Shown piece by piece: positions 20,082-29,222 of a stretch of 64,000 nucleotides of DNA (its first letter is position 1; each line of letters begins with the position of its first letter). This DNA is from an uncultured Thermoplasmata archaeon (GTDB taxonomy: Archaea; Thermoplasmatota; Thermoplasmata; Lutacidiplasmatales; UBA184). Location: positions 96,532-160,531 of the forward strand of contig CAVQKI010000003.1 of the NCBI GenBank assembly GCA_963713145.1, given 5' to 3'. The position numbers were made by a program, and so were the translations under genes. The notes below the pieces were generated by a model, which saw only the letters and a program-made list of their open reading frames with translations, was not told where the DNA came from and did no database searches.

Positions 20082-20615
20082 GTGGCAACAGACCAAGGTT
20101 CGGACCGGGGGCCCGAGCGCACGCCAGCACCGAAGGACCGTCCGGCGTCCGTCCTCTCGGTGGAACGGATCACGCACCAGGACGTGCCGGCGATCTGCAC
20201 GCTCTACAAGCACGTCTGGGAGACCGAGCCCGCCGGGATTCCTCCCGAGCTCCTCAAGGCGTGGCAACCGACCCCGCTCGAGTTCACGAGCTGGATGGAA
20301 GGGGTCACCTACTTCGCTGCACGCCGTGACGGCCGATTGGTCGGCGTTATCGGCTGCGAGCTTCGGCACGGCAGCTGTCATCTCGTTCGCCTCGCCGTCG
20401 AGTCCGACGCACGTTGCCAGGGGGTCGCCACCGCGCTTCTCGGGGCGGCGCTCGAGTGGGCGAAGCGGTCGAACTCCCCGGCGGTCTGGGTGGACGCGCA
20501 CGACCGGTTCACCGGCGCGGCCCAGCTGTTCAAGCGTCTCGGGTTCACGGAGAGCGGCGTCCTGCACCGCCACGATTTCGGCGAGGACGTTCGCTTCTTC
20601 GAGCGGATTCTCTAG
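20082..20615 (+). CDS. GNAT-family N-acetyltransferase
   Basis: RLAVESDARCQGVATALLGAALEWAK (acetyl-CoA binding motif A pattern). Confidence 0.7.
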   Translation: MATDQGSDRGPERTPAPKDRPASVLSVERITHQDVPAICTLYKHVWETEPAGIPPELLKAWQPTPLEFTSWMEGVTYFAARRDGRLVGVIGCELRHGSCHLVRLAVESDARCQGVATALLGAALEWAKRSNSPAVWVDAHDRFTGAAQLFKRLGFTESGVLHRHDFGEDVRFFERIL

Positions 20616-20656
20616 CGTCCCTTTTCCGGGGGGGACGCACGCACCCCGCGTTGCCT

Positions 20657-21620
20657 CTACGTCGTCAGACCGCGCGGCTGCCGCAGCGTTCGGAGGCGAC
20701 GGACCCCTTCCTCGGCCCGACCTTGGAAGACGTCGTGCGCGCCCCGGGCGAGCTCGGCCGCTTCCGCGCGGCTCGGTCCGCCGCGCGCCCTCTCCTGTAC
20801 GAGACGGTCGCCGTTGGTGGCCACGTACTTCGGCAGGTCGCGCTTCAGACGGTTGAGAGCCTCCTGACGAAGCGCGCGGATCTGCTGCTTGAGGGGGGCG
20901 AGCCTTCCTGCGCGCAGCTCCGCCTCGAGCTCGTTGCCGACGTCCGCGGCCGCCCGCGGCGGCTCTAGCCCGAGCGCCGAGATGTCCTTCAGGAACGAGA
21001 CGAGCCGTTCGATCTCGTCCCGGGCCTGATCGAGGTGCCGTTCCTTGAGGGTCACGACACGGTCGACTTGCTGGTGCGCGACGAACGCCTGGGAGATGTC
21101 GCCGGCCCGAGCGGCGTGCACGGTGTCCTCGATTTGGTCCCTTTCGAGCCGGCTGTCGACGGAGTAGGCCTCGAGGCGGGCGAGCCGGGACTTCGAACGG
21201 TTGGACCAGGCCTCGAGCGCGCTCACGATCTGTTGCTGCGCGAGGCGTTCGATCCCGCGGACGACCTCCGCCCACGCCTCGGGCTGGGTCGCGCGGCTCG
21301 CTGCCTCCTGGGCCCAGGCAGGGACCCGCGGGAGCTCGATCCCCAGCGCGCGGGCGGATTCGGACCACTGTGCGAGCCGGGCCAGCCGCCGGGAGAAATC
21401 CGCGGTGAACGGGTTCGACGCGGCTCCCCGCGTGGCCGCCCCCTTTTTCGACGACGCCATCGCGGCGGGCGCGCCCCCGGTCCGGGGTCGGTGCCCGCTC
21501 GGCCCGGTCCGTGGCAGCGCCCGCCGCGGGCGTGAGGACGGTGTTGCACGCGGCGCACGCATACATCTCTTCGGTGACCAGCGCGCCGCACCGTGGACAG
21601 GTCGCGAGTGGCAAGCTCAT
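20657..21620 (-). CDS. hypothetical zinc-ribbon / coiled-coil protein, possible frameshift near 21470-21490
   Basis: MSLPLATCPRCGALVTEEMYACAACN (start of ORF 19497..21620) appears to join the helical 301-aa ORF 20657..21562. Alternatively the latter starts at its internal MASSKKG. Confidence 0.4.
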
Positions 21621-21720
21621 TCGCGTGTACTATGCGCGGGGAAGCATATGAAGCGCCCGAAGCCGGTCGCCGGTTCTCGAGGCGGAGATGCAGACTCCGA
21701 AGGGGTCCTGGCAGAGGGAA

Positions 21721-21805
21721 TGCAGGGGGTGAGATTCGAACTCACGAACTCCTACGAGACTAGGACCTCAACCTAGCGCCTTTGACCAAGCTGGGCCACC
21801 CCTGC
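21721..21805 (-). tRNA. tRNA-Leu (anticodon GAG), long variable arm
   Basis: Reverse complement GCAGGGG...CTAGG-TTGAGGT-CCTAG...GTGAG-TTCGAAT-CTCAC-CCCCTGC-A. 85 nt. Confidence 0.85.
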
Positions 21806-21923
21806 AGGCCGAATCGCGCCTACGGGGTGCGGGCATTAACCTTTGCGAAGCCGGCGTCCCTCGGGGGGCGGACCGGAGCGGCCTCGATAAACGCCATGTA
21901 GCGGTACGCGGTGCGACCGCCCC

Positions 21924-22652
21924 ATGACCGATTCGGATTCATCGGGCGCCATGGTGTACATCGGCCTCAAGCCGACCATGACCTACGTGTTCCAGGTCGT
22001 CACCCAGCTCAACTCCGGGGCGGGGACCGTGGTGGTCAAGGCGCGCGGCAACGCGATCGGAAAGGCGGTGGATGTCGTCGAGGTCGTCCGGCGCCGTTTC
22101 CTCGAAGGTCAGGTCTCGATCGGCGGGATCGTCATCGACACCGAACGCCTGGTGAACCGCGACGGGCGGGAGGCGAACGTCTCTTCGATCGCGATCCCGC
22201 TCAACCGGACGGGCCCGCTCCCCCCGACGCCGGCGGAGCCCCCCGCCGGGCGCACCGGGGGACTCGCCGTAGGTTCGCGCACGACCCACGTCCCGGCCCA
22301 CAGGTCGCCGACCCGCTGCCTTTCCGAGGTGAGCAGGATCGCAAGGATGGCGAACGCGCCCAGGAGCGCGACCGCCCCGACCACGACGCCCGCGATGCCG
22401 AGGATGGCGATCACTGCGACCGAAAAATCGAGCCCCGGCAGGTACAGCTGCCCGCTGGCGAGGCCCTTTACCGCGATGGCCACCGCGATCGCGGCCCCGA
22501 TCCCCACGCAGACGAGCACGGGTGCGATCGGAGCGTTCCGGACGAACGCGGCGAGGCGATCCGGCCGGCGGAGGTCCCTGTCGCGCACCGCGATCCCGAC
22601 GAGCGCCTTCCCTATCGTCGCCCCGACCCACGCCTCGGCGAACGCGAAGTAG
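21924..22652 (+). CDS. albA: Alba DNA/RNA-binding protein; only about the first 97 codons are Alba-like, 3' end unresolved
   Basis: VYIGLKPTMTYVFQVVTQLNSGAGTVVVKARGNAIGKAVDVVEVVRRRF...VSSIAIPL. The listed ORF then runs on through C-rich homopolymers, antisense to the next gene. Confidence 0.65.
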   Translation: MTDSDSSGAMVYIGLKPTMTYVFQVVTQLNSGAGTVVVKARGNAIGKAVDVVEVVRRRFLEGQVSIGGIVIDTERLVNRDGREANVSSIAIPLNRTGPLPPTPAEPPAGRTGGLAVGSRTTHVPAHRSPTRCLSEVSRIARMANAPRSATAPTTTPAMPRMAITATEKSSPGRYSCPLARPFTAMATAIAAPIPTQTSTGAIGAFRTNAARRSGRRRSLSRTAIPTSAFPIVAPTHASANAK

Positions 22653-24097
22653 AAGAAGGCGACGGCGACGAAACCGTAGATCGCCGCGTTGAACGAGAGG
22701 CTCGAGAGGAGGGCATTGATGCCGCCCGGGGTCCCGTACGCGATCAGGGTGAACACGGCGATCCCGCCTCCGCCCACGAGCAGAAGGTCGATCGCGAAAG
22801 CGAGGATCCGTTGCGGGATCGACGCGAAGCGCCCGTACCCGAGCAAATGACCGAGGGCGACCAGCTGCCGGGCCATCAGCCAGGCCCGGTACGCCTCTCG
22901 GGAGTCGGTCGTTTCCGAGACCGCGATGGCATCGAGGTTCGCCTGGTCGCTCACCACCCACCCCGGGACGGGCAGCCCCCTCCAGGGGTTCGCGTCCGGC
23001 GGAGCTGGCGCCCCGCGAAGACGCCACGCCTGGGCGGCCGCTTCGTGTGCCGCCCGGGAGGACTCCCGGAGGGATTCCTCGAGGTGACCCTCGGCGCCGG
23101 ATCGGAACGCCCGGGCGAGGTATCCCACGGGGGAGGGGATTGTCTCGGGCAGCGGCGTCCCAATCGGCCGCCAGCCCCGACCGTAGAGGCGGTGGACGAG
23201 GTAGGCGCCCGCGAGTCCGAGCAGCCCGGAAAGGTAGACGAGGTCGAGCACGCCCGCGCCGCCGATGGTGTAGAGTCCCGCCGGCCCCTGCCCGTAGAGG
23301 GGTGGCTCCCGGAGCAGGTCCGCGCCCAGCAGTACCCCGAACGTCGAGGCGAAGAACGCGACCGGCAGGGCGAACCCTTCCTCCCGGGGGAAGACGCGGG
23401 GCGCCACCAGGCCAGCGATCAGGCCCGCGGCCAGCGGTGGGAGCAGGTAGTACGGGAACGACTCGGTGATCCCGAGACCGGGGATCGCGCTCGATCCGGC
23501 GAACGTCATCACAAGGACGGCCGAAACGACGGCGAAGAGGAAGGCGACGGCGCGGGCGGACCGGTCCGGCGACCGAAGGGCGATGGCCCCCACGGCCACG
23601 GAGAACGCGGCGGCGACCACCGCGACCAACAGGATCTCCGCCCCGCCGGCCGACAGTCGAACCTCCGACCCGACCTGGGCAAGGGCGCCCGCGGTCGACG
23701 GCAGGACGATCACGAAGAGGATGCCGCTCATCACTGCCAGCGCCCCGAGGAAAGTGCCCAGCGACCGGCCGAGGGGCGGGGCGTAGCGACCCAGCCCGAG
23801 GCCGCCGACGAAGAGGGGGAAGACCGCCCCGGCGAGGCTGACCGCGAGCCAGTCGTACGACACCGGCGTGATCGGGAGAAAGGCAAAGGACGCGAACAGG
23901 GCGCCGGGAACGAGCAGCCAGAACGCCTTGCGGCCGAGGCCGATGCTCTCGGCGAACGGGCCGTGGCCCCACGCGAGCAGGAACAGGCCGGTCCAGAGCA
24001 TTCCCGGAAGGGCAACGGAAACAGCGGTCGAGGTGACGTCGAACGCGAACTCGACCGGTGCGACCACTCGCTCCCTCCCGACCGGGGACGACACCAC
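22109..24097 (-). CDS. polytopic membrane protein with C-terminal RDD domain (N-terminal part resembles DUF1614)
   Basis: 662-aa ORF with more than 12 hydrophobic segments. IGGAGVLDLVYLSG in the N-terminal half. RDD-like block RILAFAIDLLL...GATIGKALVGIAVRDRD...GDLWAGTWVV. Confidence 0.6.
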   Translation of the reverse strand: MVSSPVGRERVVAPVEFAFDVTSTAVSVALPGMLWTGLFLLAWGHGPFAESIGLGRKAFWLLVPGALFASFAFLPITPVSYDWLAVSLAGAVFPLFVGGLGLGRYAPPLGRSLGTFLGALAVMSGILFVIVLPSTAGALAQVGSEVRLSAGGAEILLVAVVAAAFSVAVGAIALRSPDRSARAVAFLFAVVSAVLVMTFAGSSAIPGLGITESFPYYLLPPLAAGLIAGLVAPRVFPREEGFALPVAFFASTFGVLLGADLLREPPLYGQGPAGLYTIGGAGVLDLVYLSGLLGLAGAYLVHRLYGRGWRPIGTPLPETIPSPVGYLARAFRSGAEGHLEESLRESSRAAHEAAAQAWRLRGAPAPPDANPWRGLPVPGWVVSDQANLDAIAVSETTDSREAYRAWLMARQLVALGHLLGYGRFASIPQRILAFAIDLLLVGGGGIAVFTLIAYGTPGGINALLSSLSFNAAIYGFVAVAFFYFAFAEAWVGATIGKALVGIAVRDRDLRRPDRLAAFVRNAPIAPVLVCVGIGAAIAVAIAVKGLASGQLYLPGLDFSVAVIAILGIAGVVVGAVALLGAFAILAILLTSERQRVGDLWAGTWVVREPTASPPVRPAGGSAGVGGSGPVRLSGIAIEETFASRPSRFTRRSVSMTIPPIET

Positions 24098-24150
24098 CGA
24101 GGCGGCCTCTAGGCCTAAACGTTTTGTCGCGGGGGCCTCTCGGCGGTCCG

Positions 24151-25552
24151 ATGGGTTCCGGACGGGTCGAGAAGGATTCCCTAGGATCGCGCGAGGTCCC
24201 CGAGGGCGTGTACTGGGGGATCCAGACGCTCCGCGCTCGGGAGAACTTTCCCGTCAGCGGGCTCACCGCGTCCCGGGCATCTCGTCCGGGCGTACGCCCA
24301 CCTCAAGCTCGCCTGCGTCCGGGCGAACCTCGCGCTCGGCGGGCTGGACGCCGAGCGTGCCGGTGCCCTCGCCCGGGCGGCGGAAGAGATGGCCGACGGG
24401 AAGTTCGACCCTGAGTTCGTGGTCGACGTCTTCCAGGCCGGCGCCGGCACCTCGTTCCACATGAACGTCAACGAGGTCCTGACGAACCGCGGTCTCGAGA
24501 TCCTCGGGAAGCCGAAGGGGGACTACGCAACCCTCAGCCCGAACGACCACGTGAACCGGGGCCAGTCGACCAACGACACGTACCCCGCGGCGGCGCAGGT
24601 CGCGACCCTCCTGGCGTTCCGGGAGCTGCGCGAGGCGGTCGCCGGCCTTTCCGCGAGCCTGCGGCACAAGGGCGAGGAGTTCGGCCGGCTGGCGAAGTCG
24701 GGCCGCACGCACCTCAAGGACGCGATGCCCGTGACGCTGGGGTCCGAGTTCCGCGCCTACGCGGTGGCCCTCGACCGCGTGCTCGAGGCGCTCCCCGCGG
24801 TCGAGCGTTCGCTCGCGGAGATATCTCTCGGGGGCAGCGCCGTGGGGACGGGGGTGAACTCGCTTCCCGGATTCCGTGGGCGCGCGGTCGAGGAGTACGC
24901 CCGCCTTACCGGCCTGCCGCTCGTTGTGGCCCGCGACCCGTTCGAGACGATGCAGAGCCGCTGGCCCCTCGCCTTCGCCTCGGGCTGGATGCGGACCCTC
25001 GCGCTCGAGCTCGTCCGGATCGCGAACGACCTCCGACTGCTGTCGAGCGGACCCGCGACCGGGTTCGACGAGATCCGGCTTCCCGAGATCCAGCCGGGTT
25101 CGTCCATCATGCCGGCCAAGGTGAACCCGTCGGCGGCGGAATGCCTCGACATGATCGCGTTCCACGTGATCGGAGCGGACGCCGCGACCGCGCTGGCGGT
25201 GCAGGCGGGACAGCTCGAGATCAACGTGATGATGCCCCTCGCGGCGTTCGAGGTTCTCTTCTCGGCGCAGATCCTGACGAACTACCTGCCGGTCTTCGCG
25301 CGCTCGTGCGTGGACGGGATCCTGCCCAACCGGGAGCGTCTCGAGCGATACCTCGCCGAGTCGGCCGCGCTCGCGACCGTCCTCACCCCGCGCCTCGGGT
25401 ATCTCAAGGTCGCCGAGGTCTTGCACGAGGCCGAACGGACCCGCCGGCCGGTCCGCGAGCTCCTCCTGGAGAAGGGGCTCCTGAGCGCGGCGGACATCGA
25501 GGCGCTGCTGGGCGAGGCGGCCCTGCTCAAGCTCACCCAGCCGGTCCCGTAG
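24151..25552 (+). CDS. aspA: aspartate ammonia-lyase (aspartase/fumarase class II family), apparent frameshift near 24272
   Basis: MGSGRVEKDSLGSREVPEGVYWGIQTLRARENFPVSG (ATG 24151) joins HLVRAYAHLKLACVRAN...QAGAGTSFHMNVNEV...GSSIMPAKVNPS of ORF 24389..25552. Confidence 0.8.
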
Positions 25553-25613
25553 CCGACCCGCCCTGCCGCCAAGGAGTTAAGCCCCGGTCGGTCGGTTCCG
25601 ACGGGACGTCGCC

Positions 25614-26370
25614 ATGGCATCCGTAGAGGAGACCGCGATCGCCCTCGGCAACCAGAGCTCGGAGGAGTTCCGGCGCGCGGCGGCCGTGCTGGGCAAGGTC
25701 GGACTGACGCACTACGAGGCCCGGGCGTACATCGCCCTGGTCGCCCGGGGCGTCGGAGACGCCTCCACCCTGGCCGCCGCCGCCGGGATCCCGCGCACGA
25801 GCGCCTACAAGGTCCTCGAATCCCTTGCCGAGAAGGGGTACGCCCTGGCCGACCGGTGGAAAGCCGATCCTCTTCCGGCCGTCGCCGCCGCTAGAGGTCG
25901 CGGAGTCCCTGAAGGGCGCCATCCAGGAGGTGTTCGAGCAGCTCGCCCAGCTGCATCGGGTGGTCGCCGAGCATGGCGAGCCACAGCTGGTCTACCTGCT
26001 CTCCGAGCGGGAAAAGGTGATCGCGAAGATCGGGGACCTGCTGGACCAGTCGAGCCGCACGTTCATGCTCACGACCCCCCAGCTCGCCGAGCTCAGGGAC
26101 GAGATCGGCAAGAAGGTCCTGAACGCCGTGAAGCGGGGCGTTCACGTCACGTTCGTTACCGCCGCGCTCCAGCGCGTGCCGGAGGGGGTCGAGTACGTCG
26201 CCCGGGAGAATCTCCGCGCGACGGAGGTGCTCGCGGACGGGGAGCACGCGCTCCTCGCCGCCCCGGGGCTGGATGCCTGTGGGTTCACCGACAACCCGAT
26301 CCTGACGGCGCACCTCAAGCAGTTCCTCGAGGTCATCCTCGAGGCGGGACCCGACGGCTCGCCGCCCTGA
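25614..26370 (+). CDS. TrmB-family transcriptional regulator, apparent frameshift near 25850
   Basis: N-terminal wHTH GLTHYEARAYIALVARGVGDASTLAAAAGIPRTSAYKVLESLAEKGYA. It continues as GGKPILFRPSPPLEV... in ORF 25825..26370. Confidence 0.65.
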
Positions 26371-26382
26371 GCCGTACCGGAG

Positions 26383-27252
26383 ATGGTCCGCCAGCACCGT
26401 CCTCCCGCCGAACGGGTCCGCGACCGTTTGCGCTCGGCCGCGGGCGAGGAGGCGGCCCGCGCGATGCCGGCCGGGTACCAACGGCTGGGGCGGGTCCTCG
26501 TCCTTCGGCTGCCCGAGTCGCTCCGCCCGCACTATGCGCTCCTCGGCGACGCCTGGCGCACGGAGCTCGGGGTCTCCTCGGTCCTGGTCCGGACGGGCCC
26601 GATCGAGGGCGAGGCGCGTCGTCCCCGGACCGAACTGATCGCCGGCGAGGGCACGGAGACCGAGGTGGTCGAGCACGGGGTGCGCTGGCGGTTCGACGTC
26701 GGCCGCGGTCATGTTCGCGGCGGGGAACCGGGTCGAGCGCGCTCGGGCGGGTCGGCTCGTCCGGCCGGCCGAGGCGGTCGCCGACCTCTTCGCCGGAATA
26801 GGGGACTTCGACGATACCGGCGGCGCAAGAGTGGTCCCGCGACCCGGGTCGTCGCCGTTGAGAAGAACCCGGTCGCCTACGCGTATCTGGTCGCGAACAT
26901 CGCGCTGAACGGCGTTACGGGCAGGGTCGAGCCGCTCGAGGGCGACAACCGCGAGGTCGCGCTCTCCCCGCGGTCGTTCGACCGGGTCTTCCTGGGCTAC
27001 CTTCCCAGCGCCCTGCCGTGGGTCGGCCGGGCCGTGACCCTCGTCCGCCCGACCGGGGGCTGGGTCCACGTCCACACGGTCGAGGACGCCCGGACCGCCT
27101 GCCCGGCGGCGATCGCCGGGGTCGAGGCCGCTGTCCGTGCTGCGGGCGCCCGTCCGCTCGAACCGCCCCGCGCCCGAGAGGTCAAGCCGTACGGTCCCGG
27201 CCGGTACGCACGTCGTGGTCGACGCCCGGGTCGCTCCGCCCGCGGGCGGCTA
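26383..27252 (+). CDS. trm5: tRNA (guanine37-N1)-methyltransferase Trm5/Taw-type (Met-10+ family), three apparent frameshifts
   Basis: TELIAGEGTETEVVEHGVRWRFDVGR, then VMFAAGNRVERARAGRLVRPAEAVADLFAGIGDF (ORF 26711..26908), then back to VVAVEKNPVAYAYLVANIALNGV. The C-terminus HVVVDARV...stop at 27250-27252 is in another frame. Confidence 0.7.
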
Positions 27253-28371
27253 ACGCGCTGCCGGCGCCTTCGCCGCGAGGGACCGGACCGCCTCGGGGAA
27301 CGCCTTCGCGAACCGTTCGATGTCCGCGGGAGCGTTCGAGAACGACAGGCGCACGAAGTTGCGCCCGTGCTTCGGGGAGAGGTAGGTCCCCGCGCGGACG
27401 AACACGCCGTACCGGCGGAGGAGCTCCTCCTGGAGCGCCTCGGGATCGACCCCGGTGGCCGAGATGTCGATGATGGTCATGTTCGCCCGGGACGGGTGGA
27501 CGGGGACGCGCGCGCCGGGGACGCTCTCCGCGACCTGCTTGACCCGCCGGTCGTTCTCGCGGGTCTGGCGCACGACGGCGCCGATCCACGACGACTTCGT
27601 GCGGAGGGCCGCGCGCGCCGCCACCTGGGAGAGGACGTTCACGCCGAGGTCGTTCGTGTTGAACCGGACGATCTCGCCGAGGAGCCCGGGACGGGCCAGC
27701 AGCCCTCCCAGCCGGAGCCCGGCAAGGCCGCAGTTCTTCGAGACGGACCACACGGTCACGGTCTCCTCGGGGGCGTACTCGGCCGCGAGCGCGTGTCCCT
27801 CGGAGAAGTCGCGGTACGTGACGTCGTTCAGCAGGTAGAGGTGGTGGTCGTGCGCGATCTCGGCGATGGCGCGCACTTCCTCGCGCGGGTAGCCCGAGCC
27901 GAGCGGGTTCAGCGGGTCGATGAGGAGGATCATCCGGGTCGAGGGCGTGATCGCCTCGCGGACCCGGTCGGCGGTGAGCCGGTAGGGTGGGGCGTAGATG
28001 TCGAGGTTCACGGGGCGCGCGCCCGAGAGCTCGATGAACTTGTGGATGATCAGGTAGCTCGGGTCGGAGGCGATCACCTCATCGCCCGGCTTGAGCAGCG
28101 CGCGCGCGAGCATGTAGAGGGACTCGGTCCCCCCGCCCGTGAGGAACGGGGTCATGCCGGAGAGGCCGAAGTCCGCCCGCACCAGCTCGAGCAGCTCGGG
28201 GTCGCCGGTGGCGACCGGGTATCCTTGGTACCGCCGTTCCCGGATCGCCTCTTCGAGAGCGCCCCGGACGACGTCGGGCGGGACGAGGTGGTTTGTGTTC
28301 TGCGAAAGCCAGGCGACCTCGCGGTGATGCGCGTGAGCGTACCGGAACGCGTTGAACGGTTCCGCGGTCAT
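27250..28371 (-). CDS. class I/II PLP-dependent aminotransferase
   Basis: 373-aa ORF with SVSKNCGLAGLRLG (PLP-lysine motif) and the fold-type I layout. Confidence 0.8.
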   Translation of the reverse strand: MTAEPFNAFRYAHAHHREVAWLSQNTNHLVPPDVVRGALEEAIRERRYQGYPVATGDPELLELVRADFGLSGMTPFLTGGGTESLYMLARALLKPGDEVIASDPSYLIIHKFIELSGARPVNLDIYAPPYRLTADRVREAITPSTRMILLIDPLNPLGSGYPREEVRAIAEIAHDHHLYLLNDVTYRDFSEGHALAAEYAPEETVTVWSVSKNCGLAGLRLGGLLARPGLLGEIVRFNTNDLGVNVLSQVAARAALRTKSSWIGAVVRQTRENDRRVKQVAESVPGARVPVHPSRANMTIIDISATGVDPEALQEELLRRYGVFVRAGTYLSPKHGRNFVRLSFSNAPADIERFAKAFPEAVRSLAAKAPAAR

Positions 28372-29186
28372 GTCCGACGACGGGGAACCAATCGCTTAAC
28401 GGCTTTGGGGGGGACGGGGGCCGCCTCCGCGAGGAACGCGGTGACGATCCCGAAGGAGTACGACCGGGACTTCGCACGCGCAAACCCGGCATCGCGCAGC
28501 ATGCCGAGAACCTCGCTCCGCGCTGGGAACCCGCGGAGGGACTCGGGAAGGTAGCGGGACGGCCCTTCGTTGCCCACCGCCCGTCCGAGCATCGGCACGA
28601 CCTTGTCGAAGTGTGCGTGGAAGACCCGGCGGAACATCGGGGAGGGCGGCTCGGAGATCTCGAGCGTCAGGGCCGCGCCGCCCGGTCGCAGCACCCGACG
28701 CATTTCGCGGAACGCCGCCGGAAGGTCCCGCAGGTTCCGAGCGACGAAGGCGTTCGTCACGAGGTCGAAGGACCCGTCGGCACAGGGGATGCTGAGTGCA
28801 TTACCGGTGCCATAGGCGAGGCGGCCGGCGCGGCCCCGCGGCGCGCCGCGGTCGCGCGCCTCCACGACCATCGCCCGGGTGAAGTCGAGCCCGAGCACGT
28901 CGGCCGCGGGGAAGTGTCCGGAGACCGCCCGCGCAAACTCCCCGGTCCCGCAGCCGAGGTCGAGGGCCCGTCGGACCGGCCCTCCGCGGAAGCGGTCGAG
29001 CTCCCAGAGGGCGCAGTGCCGCCAGAGAAGATCGTTTCCGAGCGCCGCGGCGTGGTTGAACCGTTCGTAGCGCCGCGAGAGGTGCGCGAACATCCGGCGG
29101 ACGTCCCGCTCGAACGTCGGGAGCCCGCGCTCGGGGTACGGTGAGCCGTCCGACGCGAGTCGAGGCACCGGGGACGACGCCGCCAT
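28368..29186 (-). CDS. UbiE/MenG-family (demethyl)menaquinone methyltransferase
   Basis: YERFNHAAALGNDLLWR, LDLGCGTGEF and RVLRPGGAAL motifs. 4-nt overlap with the downstream aminotransferase gene. Confidence 0.7.
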   Translation of the reverse strand: MAASSPVPRLASDGSPYPERGLPTFERDVRRMFAHLSRRYERFNHAAALGNDLLWRHCALWELDRFRGGPVRRALDLGCGTGEFARAVSGHFPAADVLGLDFTRAMVVEARDRGAPRGRAGRLAYGTGNALSIPCADGSFDLVTNAFVARNLRDLPAAFREMRRVLRPGGAALTLEISEPPSPMFRRVFHAHFDKVVPMLGRAVGNEGPSRYLPESLRGFPARSEVLGMLRDAGFARAKSRSYSFGIVTAFLAEAAPVPPKAVKRLVPRRRT

Positions 29187-29222
29187 AGCCCACGAGCCCG
29201 CTCGCGGGCTTAACGGTGGAGG

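Noticed and set aside
19497-21620. Very long ORFs that would be striking if real. Examples: 19497..21620 (707 aa), 21911..24112 (733 aa), 21939..24266 (775 aa), 4836..6410, 9287..10861, 36534..38105, 24263..25426, 43579..44922.
   Set aside because: They are Arg/Pro/Gly/Asp-rich, lack any family motif and lie antisense or out of frame to genes with clear motifs. In GC-rich DNA, stop codons are rare in non-coding frames, so these are expected artefacts.
26383-28554. A 723-aa ORF suggesting a giant Trm5-like protein.
   Set aside because: Only the first ~290 codons (with frame repairs) are Trm5-like. The rest is antisense to the well-supported aminotransferase gene 27250..28371.
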